A stretch of 27,924 nt of DNA, from positions 1-27,924 of the forward strand of contig JBHLNS010000043.1 in the NCBI GenBank assembly GCA_048941285.1, in the 5' to 3' direction. Made by a program: the position numbers and the translations under genes. The notes under the pieces are model-generated. The model was not told where the DNA came from, ran no database searches, and worked only from the letters and a program-made list of their open reading frames with translations. Below are positions 1-8,818 of this stretch, in pieces (the first letter of the stretch is position 1; the number at the start of each line of letters is the position of its first letter). Source of the DNA: Promethearchaeota archaeon (lineage in GTDB: Archaea > Asgardarchaeota > Lokiarchaeia > Sigyniarchaeales > SOKP01).

Positions 1-181
1 GTATTTCATTTTCAGCCATTAGAAGTTCATATATCATCTCCAATTTATCTTTATCAATATCATGAAGAACTACTGTTGATCCTTTCAAAACATCGCTTAA
101 ATAAATATCATTAAACATGGACGGTCCAAATGATGTTGATCCAGCTCCAATCAGCACTATCTTTTTATCCATATAACTCAT
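1..181 (-). CDS. Family 4 glycoside hydrolase (NAD+-dependent alpha-galactosidase/alpha-glucosidase), 5' part only, runs off the window
   Basis: Not in the ORF track. Manual translation gives (MSY)MDKKIVLIGAGSTSFGPSMFNDIYLSDVLKGSTVVLHDIDKDKLEM. KIVLIGAGSxxF followed by VVLHDID is the GH4 N-terminal Rossmann pattern. In-frame ATGs at 181 and 172. Confidence 0.8.
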   Translation of the reverse strand, partial: MSYMDKKIVLIGAGSTSFGPSMFNDIYLSDVLKGSTVVLHDIDKDKLEMIYELLMAENEI

Positions 182-216
182 ACCAAGTTATTCGAAAATG
201 CATTTATAACTAGGTA
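181..216. promoter_or_regulatory. Inverted repeat overlapping the putative TATA box of the GH4 gene (candidate operator)
   Basis: TACCAAGTTAT (181-191) and ATAACTAGGTA (206-216) pair at 10 of 11 positions. TTTATAA at 203-209 overlaps the right arm. Confidence 0.4.
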
Positions 217-320
217 AAAGTGGAATCGCCCTAATAAATTCTCTTAGATTTAATTCATGCTTTCATTATACTTACTTGTCCAATTACACGTCTAAATAAT
301 CTGACAAATGGGAAGGAAAT

Positions 321-335
321 GGGAAAATTTATAAG
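321..335 (+). promoter_or_regulatory. Putative BRE-TATA promoter for the structured leader and small ORF
   Basis: Purine-rich GGGAAAA directly followed by TTTATAA (328-334). AAATGGGAA is directly repeated at 306-314 and 317-325. Confidence 0.45.
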
Positions 336-374
336 GTGTTTATATCTTATTTTATATAATGAGTTTTTCACAGT

Positions 375-599
375 ATGATACTACAGATTATTGGTGCGGT
401 TTACATTCCTATGTAAAGCCAATCTTTATCCGTAGTATTATTAAGAGAGAATAAATCAGACCTCTTAACCTTTTTCCTTTAATTTTTACTGATTTGTTCT
501 CTTTTATAACTACATAACAATAAAGATTATTTGAATTAGGTTAATATTGGATTTATTCCTCCTAAAGAAGAACTCAATTAAAAAAGGAGGTGAAAAAGG
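375..599 (+). ncRNA. Candidate structured 5' leader or ncRNA (two long hairpins plus an SD-sequestering stem)
   Basis: Hairpin 375-441 (ATACTAC/GTAGTAT, ATTGG/CCAAT, TTTACAT/ATGTAAA). An 18-bp stem 442-459/489-506 has two G-U pairs that work only on the + strand. CCTCCT 558-563 is complementary to AGGAGG 585-590. Confidence 0.5.
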
Positions 600-779
600 C
601 TGAAAGAAAAATCAGACAGAATGGATCTGATATTAGAATATTATCAAGATTGGGATTCTTATAAAAGCCCAGTTATGATATCATTGGATGCCCCAAATGA
701 GTTTTCTGAAAGTCTTGAAGCGGAAGATGAAAAAAGACTAAAAGCTTTAAGGCAGAAAATGAAAAAAAGACTGGGATAA
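600..779 (+). CDS. Small hypothetical protein (59 aa from CTG 600, or 52 aa from ATG 621)
   Basis: Strong SD GGAGGTGA at 586-593. Frame reads LKEKSDRMDLILEYYQDWDSYKSPVMISLDAPNEFSESLEAEDEKRLKALRQKMKKRLG*. T-tract follows at 813-820. Confidence 0.65.
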   Translation: MKEKSDRMDLILEYYQDWDSYKSPVMISLDAPNEFSESLEAEDEKRLKALRQKMKKRLG

Positions 780-828
780 AAATGTCAGTAGATTTATATA
801 AAAATTAAACTCTTTTTTTTATAATTTT

Positions 829-2019
829 TTAATTTAATAAGGATTTTATTCTATCTATTGCTTCATTTAACCTTTCTTCTGGCTGAGTTAAAGCAAACCT
901 TACAAAACCTTCTCCATATTTACCAAATCCAATTCCTGGTGTAACAATTACTCCTATTTCTATCAATTTTTTTACAAAATCCATACAATTCAGATTGCAA
1001 TATTGTTCAGGGATTTGTGTCCATACATAAAATGTTGCTTTAGGTGTGTCAGTTTTCCATCCAATTTCATTTAATCCTTTAATAAGGACATCTCTTCGCT
1101 TTTCATATATTTTAATTGAATTTAAAACAATACTTGGCTTTTTTCCTGAATTAAATTCATTTAATCCTTTTATAACTGCTTTTTGAATAAATGTAGGGCA
1201 ACCAGAATCGATTTGGGATTTTATTTTCCGTAACCCTTTAACGATTTCTTTATTCCCTGCAACCCATCCACACCTGAATCCTGTCATATTAAACATTTTA
1301 GATGCACTATTAATTTCAATATGGTTAGGTTCTATCTCTAATATTGATGGCGCGATATAATCTCCAAATGTAAACTCAGAATATGGATTATCATGAACTA
1401 CAATGAAATTATAGTCTTCAGCATAATCTACAACTTTTTTAAGAAAATCTTTAGATACTATCGCTCCTGTTGGATTATTTGGATAATTTAAATACATCAA
1501 TTTTGCTTTTCTAAAAATCTTTGGACTAATAGCTTCTAAATCAGGTAAAAACTGATTTTCCTTCAATAAAGACAGTGAATATGGCCTAGCATCACATAGT
1601 TTTGTTGCTCCATTCTCATAGACTGGATATCCTGGATTAGGGCAAAGAACAATATCTCCTGGATTTATAAATGCTCTAGCAATATTAGCTACTCCTTCCT
1701 TCCCTCCAATTACATTTGAAATTTCATTTTCTGGATGTAAATCTAAATTAAATCTAACCCTATACCATCTTGCTAAAGCTTCTCTAAAATCTTGTGTACC
1801 CATACTAGCAGGATATTTTTGGTTCTCTGGTAATTTAACCTGTTTTATGAGTTCATTGACTATAATCTCTGGTGTAGGTAGATCTGGGTCTCCTATTCCA
1901 AGAGGTATTAAATCAATACCCTTCTTCCATTTTTCTGATACTAACTGTTCAATCTCTAAAAAGATATATGTTGGTAATCGTTTTACTCTTTCAGAAAATT
2001 CTAAATTAATGTAAAACAC
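829..2019 (-). CDS. PLP-dependent class I/II aminotransferase, LL-diaminopimelate aminotransferase-like; true start may be ATT at 2010
   Basis: Motifs LGIGDPD, NYPNNPTG, HDNPYSE, PLP-lysine motif SASKMFNMTGFRCG, and PGIGFG..GEGFVRFAL. Confidence 0.88.
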   Translation of the reverse strand: MFYINLEFSERVKRLPTYIFLEIEQLVSEKWKKGIDLIPLGIGDPDLPTPEIIVNELIKQVKLPENQKYPASMGTQDFREALARWYRVRFNLDLHPENEISNVIGGKEGVANIARAFINPGDIVLCPNPGYPVYENGATKLCDARPYSLSLLKENQFLPDLEAISPKIFRKAKLMYLNYPNNPTGAIVSKDFLKKVVDYAEDYNFIVVHDNPYSEFTFGDYIAPSILEIEPNHIEINSASKMFNMTGFRCGWVAGNKEIVKGLRKIKSQIDSGCPTFIQKAVIKGLNEFNSGKKPSIVLNSIKIYEKRRDVLIKGLNEIGWKTDTPKATFYVWTQIPEQYCNLNCMDFVKKLIEIGVIVTPGIGFGKYGEGFVRFALTQPEERLNEAIDRIKSLLN

Positions 2020-2135
2020 CTCATAATAAAATTATTTGAAAAAATATGGGAATTTATTAATTATTCAATGTATAAACTATATTTTTTAAATTAAAATAAT
2101 AAAATAAATAAAAAAAAGATTTATCTGAGGTTATT

Positions 2136-3449
2136 CTAAGGGTTTCTTTCTATATTCACTTCATATTCTTTAGGATCTAATGTTCTGAAGGGAATTAAAG
2201 TAAAATTTATTACTATCGCCATTGTAATGAAAACAACAGTAAAAATTAAAAATGTATCTAACACTGCTAAAACTCCAATTAATATACTTGTTATCTGTAA
2301 TCCGATTGTTGATCCTAAATTGGTGAAAGAATTACATGTTGCATAATAAGTACTGTCCATTTCAGGATATAATTGTGATTCTTGACCAATAACCGCAGAA
2401 AAAGCAGAATTTCTCCACCCGGCAGAAGATCCTAATATTAAGGAAAATACGAGCAAAACAGGCCAAATTATTGGTATAATAAATATCAAGAAAGAAATTG
2501 TCGTTAAAATGAGTGATGTGTAAACAGCTCGCCTTCTAGATTGTAAATCTGCTATTCTTCCTCCTATAATTGCTCCAATAATTACCCCTAAACCAATAAT
2601 AAATGCTACTAATGCTTGAGGAGCGTATAAATCTTGTTGAGTTGGATCCCCGATAATATCTAATGATGCGCCAGATCCACCAAGGAATCCTCCTTGAAAG
2701 AGTATAAATAAAGGAACAACAACGAAAATTGTTCCATCAAAAAACGCATTAAATAATGAGAAGGCATAGACTTTCCAATTCTTTATTTTACCAAAGATTA
2801 TTTTAAGATTTTTTTTAGCATTTACTTCAAACGTTATTATCCTTTCTTTAACCAAAAGAGTAGTAAATGAAAAGAACATCATTAACACACCTAATCCTAT
2901 GAAAATAAATTGTACAACTCCTCCTGTTAACAATACTAATATTACCAATAACGGACCCCCAGCAATTATACCAACAGATCTGAAACCCCAACAAATTCCT
3001 TGTACTCGTCCGAGTCTTTCTTTAGGATATAAATCTAAGATTAACCCATCAATAGCAGTATCCCCCATTGCAACTCCAATAACAATTAAAACCCCCAAAA
3101 GTGTGACTAACCACATTGCATTAGTTGCCGTTAAAACAAATGGAAAAATTATCCAAATCAAACCTGACATCATTGAGGGAAAGATTATCCAAGGTTTCCT
3201 TCTTCCAAGTTTTTTTAATCCAAGTTTATCTGATAAGATTCCATAGATAAATTTCACCCCAAAGGGGAGCAAGACAATTGACATCATAGAAGCAATTCGC
3301 CCTGCATCTACAGGAGCCGGACTTATTAAATAAAATAGATATATCGGAATAATTGTTGTAAACATCGATTGATTAATCCCTTGAACAAAATAATTAAGTG
3401 AAAAAATTCCAATATACGACTTTTTTAATTCTACTCCACTTTCTCCCAT
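2136..3449 (-). CDS. MFS transporter (AmpG-like)
   Basis: About 12 hydrophobic segments. Motif-A-like GILSDKLG...GRRKPW and GRIADLQSRR, plus DTAIDG. Confidence 0.85.
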   Translation of the reverse strand: MGESGVELKKSYIGIFSLNYFVQGINQSMFTTIIPIYLFYLISPAPVDAGRIASMMSIVLLPFGVKFIYGILSDKLGLKKLGRRKPWIIFPSMMSGLIWIIFPFVLTATNAMWLVTLLGVLIVIGVAMGDTAIDGLILDLYPKERLGRVQGICWGFRSVGIIAGGPLLVILVLLTGGVVQFIFIGLGVLMMFFSFTTLLVKERIITFEVNAKKNLKIIFGKIKNWKVYAFSLFNAFFDGTIFVVVPLFILFQGGFLGGSGASLDIIGDPTQQDLYAPQALVAFIIGLGVIIGAIIGGRIADLQSRRRAVYTSLILTTISFLIFIIPIIWPVLLVFSLILGSSAGWRNSAFSAVIGQESQLYPEMDSTYYATCNSFTNLGSTIGLQITSILIGVLAVLDTFLIFTVVFITMAIVINFTLIPFRTLDPKEYEVNIERNP

Positions 3450-3621
3450 AATAATAAACCAAACTATTCTGTTATTTTTTTAAATTTTTAATTTAAAAAG
3501 TAATATTGTTTTTATGATTAATAATATTAATGCATTTCATTGGTGTAAATCTGAAATCTTTACCCCTAAAAATTGTTCTCTAATATTTGTATAAGGAAAA
3601 GAAAAAACTGAAATTATAATT

Positions 3622-3795
3622 TTATATTGGAAAGTCTCTCCGTATTTGGAGTTCACGCTTACAGTAACGAATTTGGCTTTTTATAAACCTAAGTGGCCTT
3701 GGTTGTATGAGGTGCTCATATTTTTGTAGATGATCTTCCAAAAGATTGATTGCAAGTTCAAGCTTATTAATTCTATTTTGAGTTTGGCTCATCAT
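3622..3795 (-). CDS. Small hypothetical protein, 57 aa, predicted helical
   Basis: Below the ORF-track cutoff. MMSQTQNRINKLELAINLLEDHLQKYEHLIQPRPLRFIKSQIRYCKRELQIRRDFPI*, with GAGGT upstream. It fills an otherwise 550-nt gap. Confidence 0.6.
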   Translation of the reverse strand: MMSQTQNRINKLELAINLLEDHLQKYEHLIQPRPLRFIKSQIRYCKRELQIRRDFPI

Positions 3796-4003
3796 AATTT
3801 TAGCTTACCTCAAACCCTTAATTTTTTAATAATAAAGATTCAAGAGTCATCAATTAAAAAATAGATAGAGGGCTCAGATTTTATGGATTTTTACAATGAA
3901 TTTAAACTGTTATTATTAACTCTTCTCATAATCTAATTAAATCATGAATTTTTTTATCTATTAAGACCTCTTTAAGGAATTTTTAAATTAAGGGATTATT
4001 AAA

Positions 4004-5107
4004 ATGGATGATAATTTTTGGTATAAACTTTCCCGTGTAATTGTAAAAGCAGGAAATATGCCATTTCCAATAACAGATACTTTAATCGAATTATTGCACA
4101 ATATTGTTTCTGAGGAAGAAGCTGAATTTATAATTAACGTCTATAACCGAAAACCTAACATGAATCTTAATGAAATTAAAAAGAAATCAGGAATAGATGA
4201 CACTTCGTTGATGAAAATATTGGATGATCTACAATTTAAGGGAGTAATCGTTGGTACAGAAAGCAAAACTACAGGTATTATTGTTTATCGATTGCAGCCT
4301 CCATTTCCGGGATTGTTTGAGTTTCAGTTGATGCGTCCTAAGGAGGGGGAGCATGAAAAAAAGCTAGCTCGATTATTTAATAAATTATTTGGAGAAATGG
4401 GACAATTAACATCTAAAAACTATGAATCTTTAATTCCTCAGTACAAAAATTTTCCTCCTATAGATCATGTAATACCAGTTGGGAAAGAAGTGGATTCTGC
4501 GGCAGATATTATTTTATCAAGTGAAGATGTAAAAAACATTATTGATAAATATAATGATATTGCTATAGCACTTTGTTATTGTCGTCATGAAAAGGATTTA
4601 ATTGATGAGCCATGTAGGATAGATGCTCCAAGAAGAAATTGTTTTCTTTTTGGAAAGACTGCAAAGTTTTGCATTGAAAAAGATTTCGCTGAACCAATAA
4701 CTAAAGATGAGGCCATTAAAGTTTTGCGAGAAGCAGAAGATGTTGGGTTAATACACAAAGCATTTCATATACATCAAAACCCAGAAAGAGATTTAGAGGC
4801 GATCTGTAATTGCTGTAATTGTTGTTGTGGTGTATTTCAACTATTTAACCGAGGAGTAATGCCATTTTATACGGTATCTAATTATTTAGCTGTTGTGAAT
4901 GAAGATGAATGTATTGGATGTGGTACTTGTGAAAAAAAATGTCCAATGCAAACCATCAAAGTAGAAGATGGTATAGCAGCTGTAAATGAAGATAAATGTA
5001 TTGGTTGTGGTGTCTGTGCTCATCATTGTCCTGAAGAGGCTATACATCTGAAAAGATCTGAATCTAGAGATGTTTTTATCCCACCAAAAAAAATTAAAGT
5101 AGAATAA
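4004..5107 (+). CDS. Fe-S protein with N-terminal winged-helix-like region, Cys-rich centre and C-terminal 2x[4Fe-4S] ferredoxin domain
   Basis: CYCR, ICNCCNCCCG, and two CxxCxxCxxxCP motifs (CIGCGTCEKKCP, CIGCGVCAHHCP). Confidence 0.88.
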   Translation: MDDNFWYKLSRVIVKAGNMPFPITDTLIELLHNIVSEEEAEFIINVYNRKPNMNLNEIKKKSGIDDTSLMKILDDLQFKGVIVGTESKTTGIIVYRLQPPFPGLFEFQLMRPKEGEHEKKLARLFNKLFGEMGQLTSKNYESLIPQYKNFPPIDHVIPVGKEVDSAADIILSSEDVKNIIDKYNDIAIALCYCRHEKDLIDEPCRIDAPRRNCFLFGKTAKFCIEKDFAEPITKDEAIKVLREAEDVGLIHKAFHIHQNPERDLEAICNCCNCCCGVFQLFNRGVMPFYTVSNYLAVVNEDECIGCGTCEKKCPMQTIKVEDGIAAVNEDKCIGCGVCAHHCPEEAIHLKRSESRDVFIPPKKIKVE

Positions 5108-5122
5108 ATGGAGAACACGTAA

Positions 5123-6010
5123 TTGGTTGTTCAAATAACGTACCACTGTAATAATGAAATTTTAGAATGGCAATGGGCATCCAATAATGATTTAATGCCA
5201 TACTCTTATTTTACTTCTTGTTATTTAGTGGATGGGCTTCTAATTGATTCAAGTGCACCTGGAGGAGAGAACAATTTTCGAGAATTTGTTAAATCACTCA
5301 ATGATGATGAAATGATTGATAAATGTTTTATTACACACAGTCATGAGGATCATGCAGGTAATGCCCATTTATTAAGCAGAGAATTTGGGATACCCATATA
5401 TTCAAGTAAAAAAACAGTAGATCTGTTAAAGAAGGGTAATACTTATCCTGATTATCGACAAATGGCATGGGGTCCAAAATTATTACCAGTAACCGCGAAA
5501 GTAATTGATGAACCACTAATAACTAAATCAAAGAAATATAAATTCGAATTATTCCCTATGAAGGGACATGCTCCGGAATTAGTTGCCTTAATTGAAAAAG
5601 AACAACAATGGGCTTTTGTAGCTGATGCTGTACAACCAAAATACAAAATGATATTTGGCAAGAACAGTGATATCCAGGAGGATATATCCTTAATATATAA
5701 ATCCCTGTTAAAGTTATATGAATTTACAGAAGAAATGGATAAATTATTAATTTTCTCAGCAGGTAATGGTGTACTCAAAGGAAGAGAAATTATAAAAGAA
5801 AAATTGAAAGAGATTGAAAATTTATACCTGAAGGTTCATGAGGAGCATAGAAAACTTCAGAATGATGGGTTTAAAGAGGACATATTAATAAAAAAAATAG
5901 TTAAAAATATATTCAAAAGGGAGAGTATTATTGGAAAATTAACTCAAGGCGACCTCTCTCGTGAAAATCTAATTATTTCTTTGCTTAAATGGGAAAAAAA
6001 AGATATATAA
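5123..6010 (+). CDS. Metallo-beta-lactamase fold hydrolase
   Basis: THSHEDHAG (HxHxDH), plus LLIDS, GHA and VAD. TTG start with GGAG upstream. Lies 15 nt after the Fe-S gene. Confidence 0.85.
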   Translation: MVVQITYHCNNEILEWQWASNNDLMPYSYFTSCYLVDGLLIDSSAPGGENNFREFVKSLNDDEMIDKCFITHSHEDHAGNAHLLSREFGIPIYSSKKTVDLLKKGNTYPDYRQMAWGPKLLPVTAKVIDEPLITKSKKYKFELFPMKGHAPELVALIEKEQQWAFVADAVQPKYKMIFGKNSDIQEDISLIYKSLLKLYEFTEEMDKLLIFSAGNGVLKGREIIKEKLKEIENLYLKVHEEHRKLQNDGFKEDILIKKIVKNIFKRESIIGKLTQGDLSRENLIISLLKWEKKDI

Positions 6011-6011
6011 T

Positions 6012-7250
6012 TTATTTTTTTAAATGCCTTGGAATTTTTACCTCAAGATCAGAAACTGGAAAAGAGTAACATGGATGAAAGTAGTTAAATTTCTTATCTG
6101 CTGCTCTCCTCCAATCATTTATTGGACTTATATAAATATTTCCTGAAATGAGAAGAGAACGACAAAATCCACACTCTCCAGAGCGACATTTTGATGGTGG
6201 AGCTAGATTTGCTCTTTCCATAGCAACAAGAACTGACTCGGTAGCATTTGCAGGGATTTCTTTTACTTTAGCCCCAATATGCGTAGTAATTTTAAAAACT
6301 TTATCAGCAACTTCTTTAGGAAATCCTGGATAGTTTTCAATATGCTTGATTTCACCAAATGCTTCTCTTCGGATTCTTTTACGAGGTACCTTAAATTTTT
6401 CCAATTCTCTTTGTACGAATTCATACATTACTTGAGGACCACAGATGAAAAAGGTGCTCTTGTTTACATCACAATACTTTTCAATAATCTCGGCTGTTAT
6501 AAAGCCAGTCTCACAGTCTTCTAAAGAAACTACTTCACAACTTAATACATTAACAACTTTTAATTTGTCTGGATGTTTTTTCTCAAGTTCCTTTAATTCT
6601 TCAGAATAAATAATATCATCTTCTTCACTACTTCCATATAAGATTGTTAGTTTCGCATCAATTATCCCGTCTATTATTGCCATTGCTATCGAGCGAAATG
6701 GAGTTATCCCTGATCCACCTGCAATCCCTACTATTTGCTTTAAATCTCGTAGAGGTTCATAATAAAAGAATCCTTCAGGTCCAGAACTCTCAACCACTGT
6801 ATCAACTTTCCAATTATTCCATATATATTGAGTTAAGAAACCATGATCTTCTTTACGTATCGTTATTTCATAGAAACCATTTTGGGCGTCTTTTGGTGAA
6901 GAAGCTATTGAATAAGGGCGTGTTATTTCTACTCCATTGACTTTTACTTTTAAACTTAAATATTGCCCCGGTCTAAAATAAGCTAACTCTTTTGTCCTCG
7001 AACCAACGTGAGGTTCCAGTTTAAAAGTTTTTGCACTTTTTGTTTCTTCCTTGATTTCACTTATGACTAAATATTGTCTTTTTGGATGAAGTCTTTTCGC
7101 AAGTTCGTTTATTGGATCGGTTTTTATTGGTTCGCTAGAAGCATTTTCAATTTTCTTTTTTCTATCTGGTACTAGCTTCATAAACGCTAGCAAATCTCTC
7201 GAATTGCTCCTAATAGTGATATCAAACTTCTTTTCCTCTTCTTTACTCAT
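6012..7250 (-). CDS. FNR-type FAD/NAD(P)H reductase with C-terminal [2Fe-2S] domain (PaaE/Hcr-like architecture)
   Basis: RPYSI, GPEG, IAGGSGITPF, FICGP and CRSGECGFC...HPC. Confidence 0.9.
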   Translation of the reverse strand: MSKEEEKKFDITIRSNSRDLLAFMKLVPDRKKKIENASSEPIKTDPINELAKRLHPKRQYLVISEIKEETKSAKTFKLEPHVGSRTKELAYFRPGQYLSLKVKVNGVEITRPYSIASSPKDAQNGFYEITIRKEDHGFLTQYIWNNWKVDTVVESSGPEGFFYYEPLRDLKQIVGIAGGSGITPFRSIAMAIIDGIIDAKLTILYGSSEEDDIIYSEELKELEKKHPDKLKVVNVLSCEVVSLEDCETGFITAEIIEKYCDVNKSTFFICGPQVMYEFVQRELEKFKVPRKRIRREAFGEIKHIENYPGFPKEVADKVFKITTHIGAKVKEIPANATESVLVAMERANLAPPSKCRSGECGFCRSLLISGNIYISPINDWRRAADKKFNYFHPCYSFPVSDLEVKIPRHLKK

Positions 7251-8818
7251 TTAATCACCCCTTTTTTAATTAAATCTTGTAAAGTAAGAAGTCCCGCTGT
7301 TTCTCCATCCTTTAGAGAACTACTATATCCATGACATCTCTTTCCAGACCCTCCACAGAACTCAAGCCCTTCAATGTGTTTCTCATCATTCATAGCCATT
7401 AATCGTGGAATAAAAGAATCCCATGGATCTGGTTCATACCCATATACAATTCCTCCATAAGTTCCAGTAAATCGTGCAAATGTTTGAGGTGTTGCAACCT
7501 CAATTTCTTCTATATGTTCCTTTATTGAGATACCAGTCCCCTTTTCAAAATGTTCAATTAGATCTTCCGCGATTTTATTTTTAATTGCTACATAATCCTC
7601 TGGTTTTACATTGTCCCATACACCCGGACGAAAGGCAGTTGTAATAGAAAGGATACATGTTCCTGGAGGTGAACAATCTGGGATAGCGGCATTTAAACAA
7701 ATTGTAGCTTGGACTTTTGGTGCTTGAAGTTCGTTTAAAGAATTGTATAATTCATCCGTATTCATATTACTGAAAACAAAATAACTATAATCTTTTAAAC
7801 CTAATTCATCTGCTGACTTATCTAAGCCTAAGTAAACTACGACTGACGTTATTGCGTGGGTTCTCGCATTTACTTCTTTATACGCAATTTCCGGTACTTC
7901 TGATTTTGGACAAATAAGTTTATTATACGCCAAGGTTGGTGAAGCATTACATATTACATTATTAGTTTTAATTTTATCCCCATTTGATGTTTTTACTCCA
8001 ACTATTTTTCCATTTTCGACTAAAATTTTTGCTACTCTAGTATTATATTCTATTTTACCCCCAAATTCTCTAATTTTTGCATCTAAAGCAGTGGTATATT
8101 CATGTGAACGATATTTGGGTATGTATGCTTTCCTTAAAATGTATAAGTAAACCATAACTGCATAAATAGTGAAATTTAACCTACTAGTTGGAATTCCTAA
8201 ATAAACCCAATAAGCATTAAGTATTTTTCGAGCTTTCGTGGGAATATTAAGTGCATCCTGGACTTGATCTACAGTATATGCAGTAGTTTTAAGGAAATTT
8301 GAATGTTCTTTTAATAAGACATTTTGATCTGGATTGCCTCTAGAAGCGCCGATATAGCTTGTTGCATTAAGAATATCTCGTCCTAAGTTAAAAAATTTTT
8401 TAACTGAATCTCTGCTTCCAGGTACTTCTTTTTCTATAACATCAAGAAAGTTTTCAATACCAAAGGGCATTACTATATCAATATCTTCATTTTCATCAGT
8501 TAAAATAAGCCTAAACGCTTCAGGAACCTCAATAAATTCACTATCCAAATTAAGCTTATCCTCAAAAAGAATCCTTACACCTCCTTTATTTGTAGATGGA
8601 CCAAAATCGCAAAGTTCATGAAGTGAGGTTTCAAATTCAAACCGACCTCTAACAAAACTAGATGCAAATCCTCCTGGTAAATTATGTTGTTCTAAAAGAA
8701 GAACTTTTGCACCTTTCATTGCCAATCTTGCAGTTGCAGCTAAACCCCCATTTCCAGCTCCAATAATAACAACATCGTATGCTTCATCTATAATTTGTTC
8801 GCTAATTTGCTTAATCAT
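7247..8818 (-). CDS. Phytoene desaturase (CrtI)/retinol saturase family FAD oxidoreductase
   Basis: VIIGAGNGGL...LLLEQHNLPGG..SSFVRGRFEFE, EVATPQTF..FT....G.VYG, and IEGLEFCG. Overlaps the reductase gene by 4 nt. Confidence 0.85.
   Translation of the reverse strand: MIKQISEQIIDEAYDVVIIGAGNGGLAATARLAMKGAKVLLLEQHNLPGGFASSFVRGRFEFETSLHELCDFGPSTNKGGVRILFEDKLNLDSEFIEVPEAFRLILTDENEDIDIVMPFGIENFLDVIEKEVPGSRDSVKKFFNLGRDILNATSYIGASRGNPDQNVLLKEHSNFLKTTAYTVDQVQDALNIPTKARKILNAYWVYLGIPTSRLNFTIYAVMVYLYILRKAYIPKYRSHEYTTALDAKIREFGGKIEYNTRVAKILVENGKIVGVKTSNGDKIKTNNVICNASPTLAYNKLICPKSEVPEIAYKEVNARTHAITSVVVYLGLDKSADELGLKDYSYFVFSNMNTDELYNSLNELQAPKVQATICLNAAIPDCSPPGTCILSITTAFRPGVWDNVKPEDYVAIKNKIAEDLIEHFEKGTGISIKEHIEEIEVATPQTFARFTGTYGGIVYGYEPDPWDSFIPRLMAMNDEKHIEGLEFCGGSGKRCHGYSSSLKDGETAGLLTLQDLIKKGVIK

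Noticed and set aside
375-441. Hairpin starting with ATGA as a eukaryote-like SECIS, or the two hairpins as an H/ACA RNA
   Set aside because: The 3' strand lacks the GA of the non-canonical quartet and there is no apical AA. No in-frame TGA gene is nearby. There is no hinge or H box between the hairpins.
590-664. 24-aa ORF from GTG 590 (VKKAERKIRQ...)
   Set aside because: The GTG lies within the SD, and the longer frame from 600 is a better candidate.
5108-5125. ATG GAG AAC ACG TAA in frame with the MBL gene, suggesting readthrough or a nonsense mutation
   Set aside because: More simply explained by GGAG acting as the SD for TTG 5123. The extension adds nothing recognisable.
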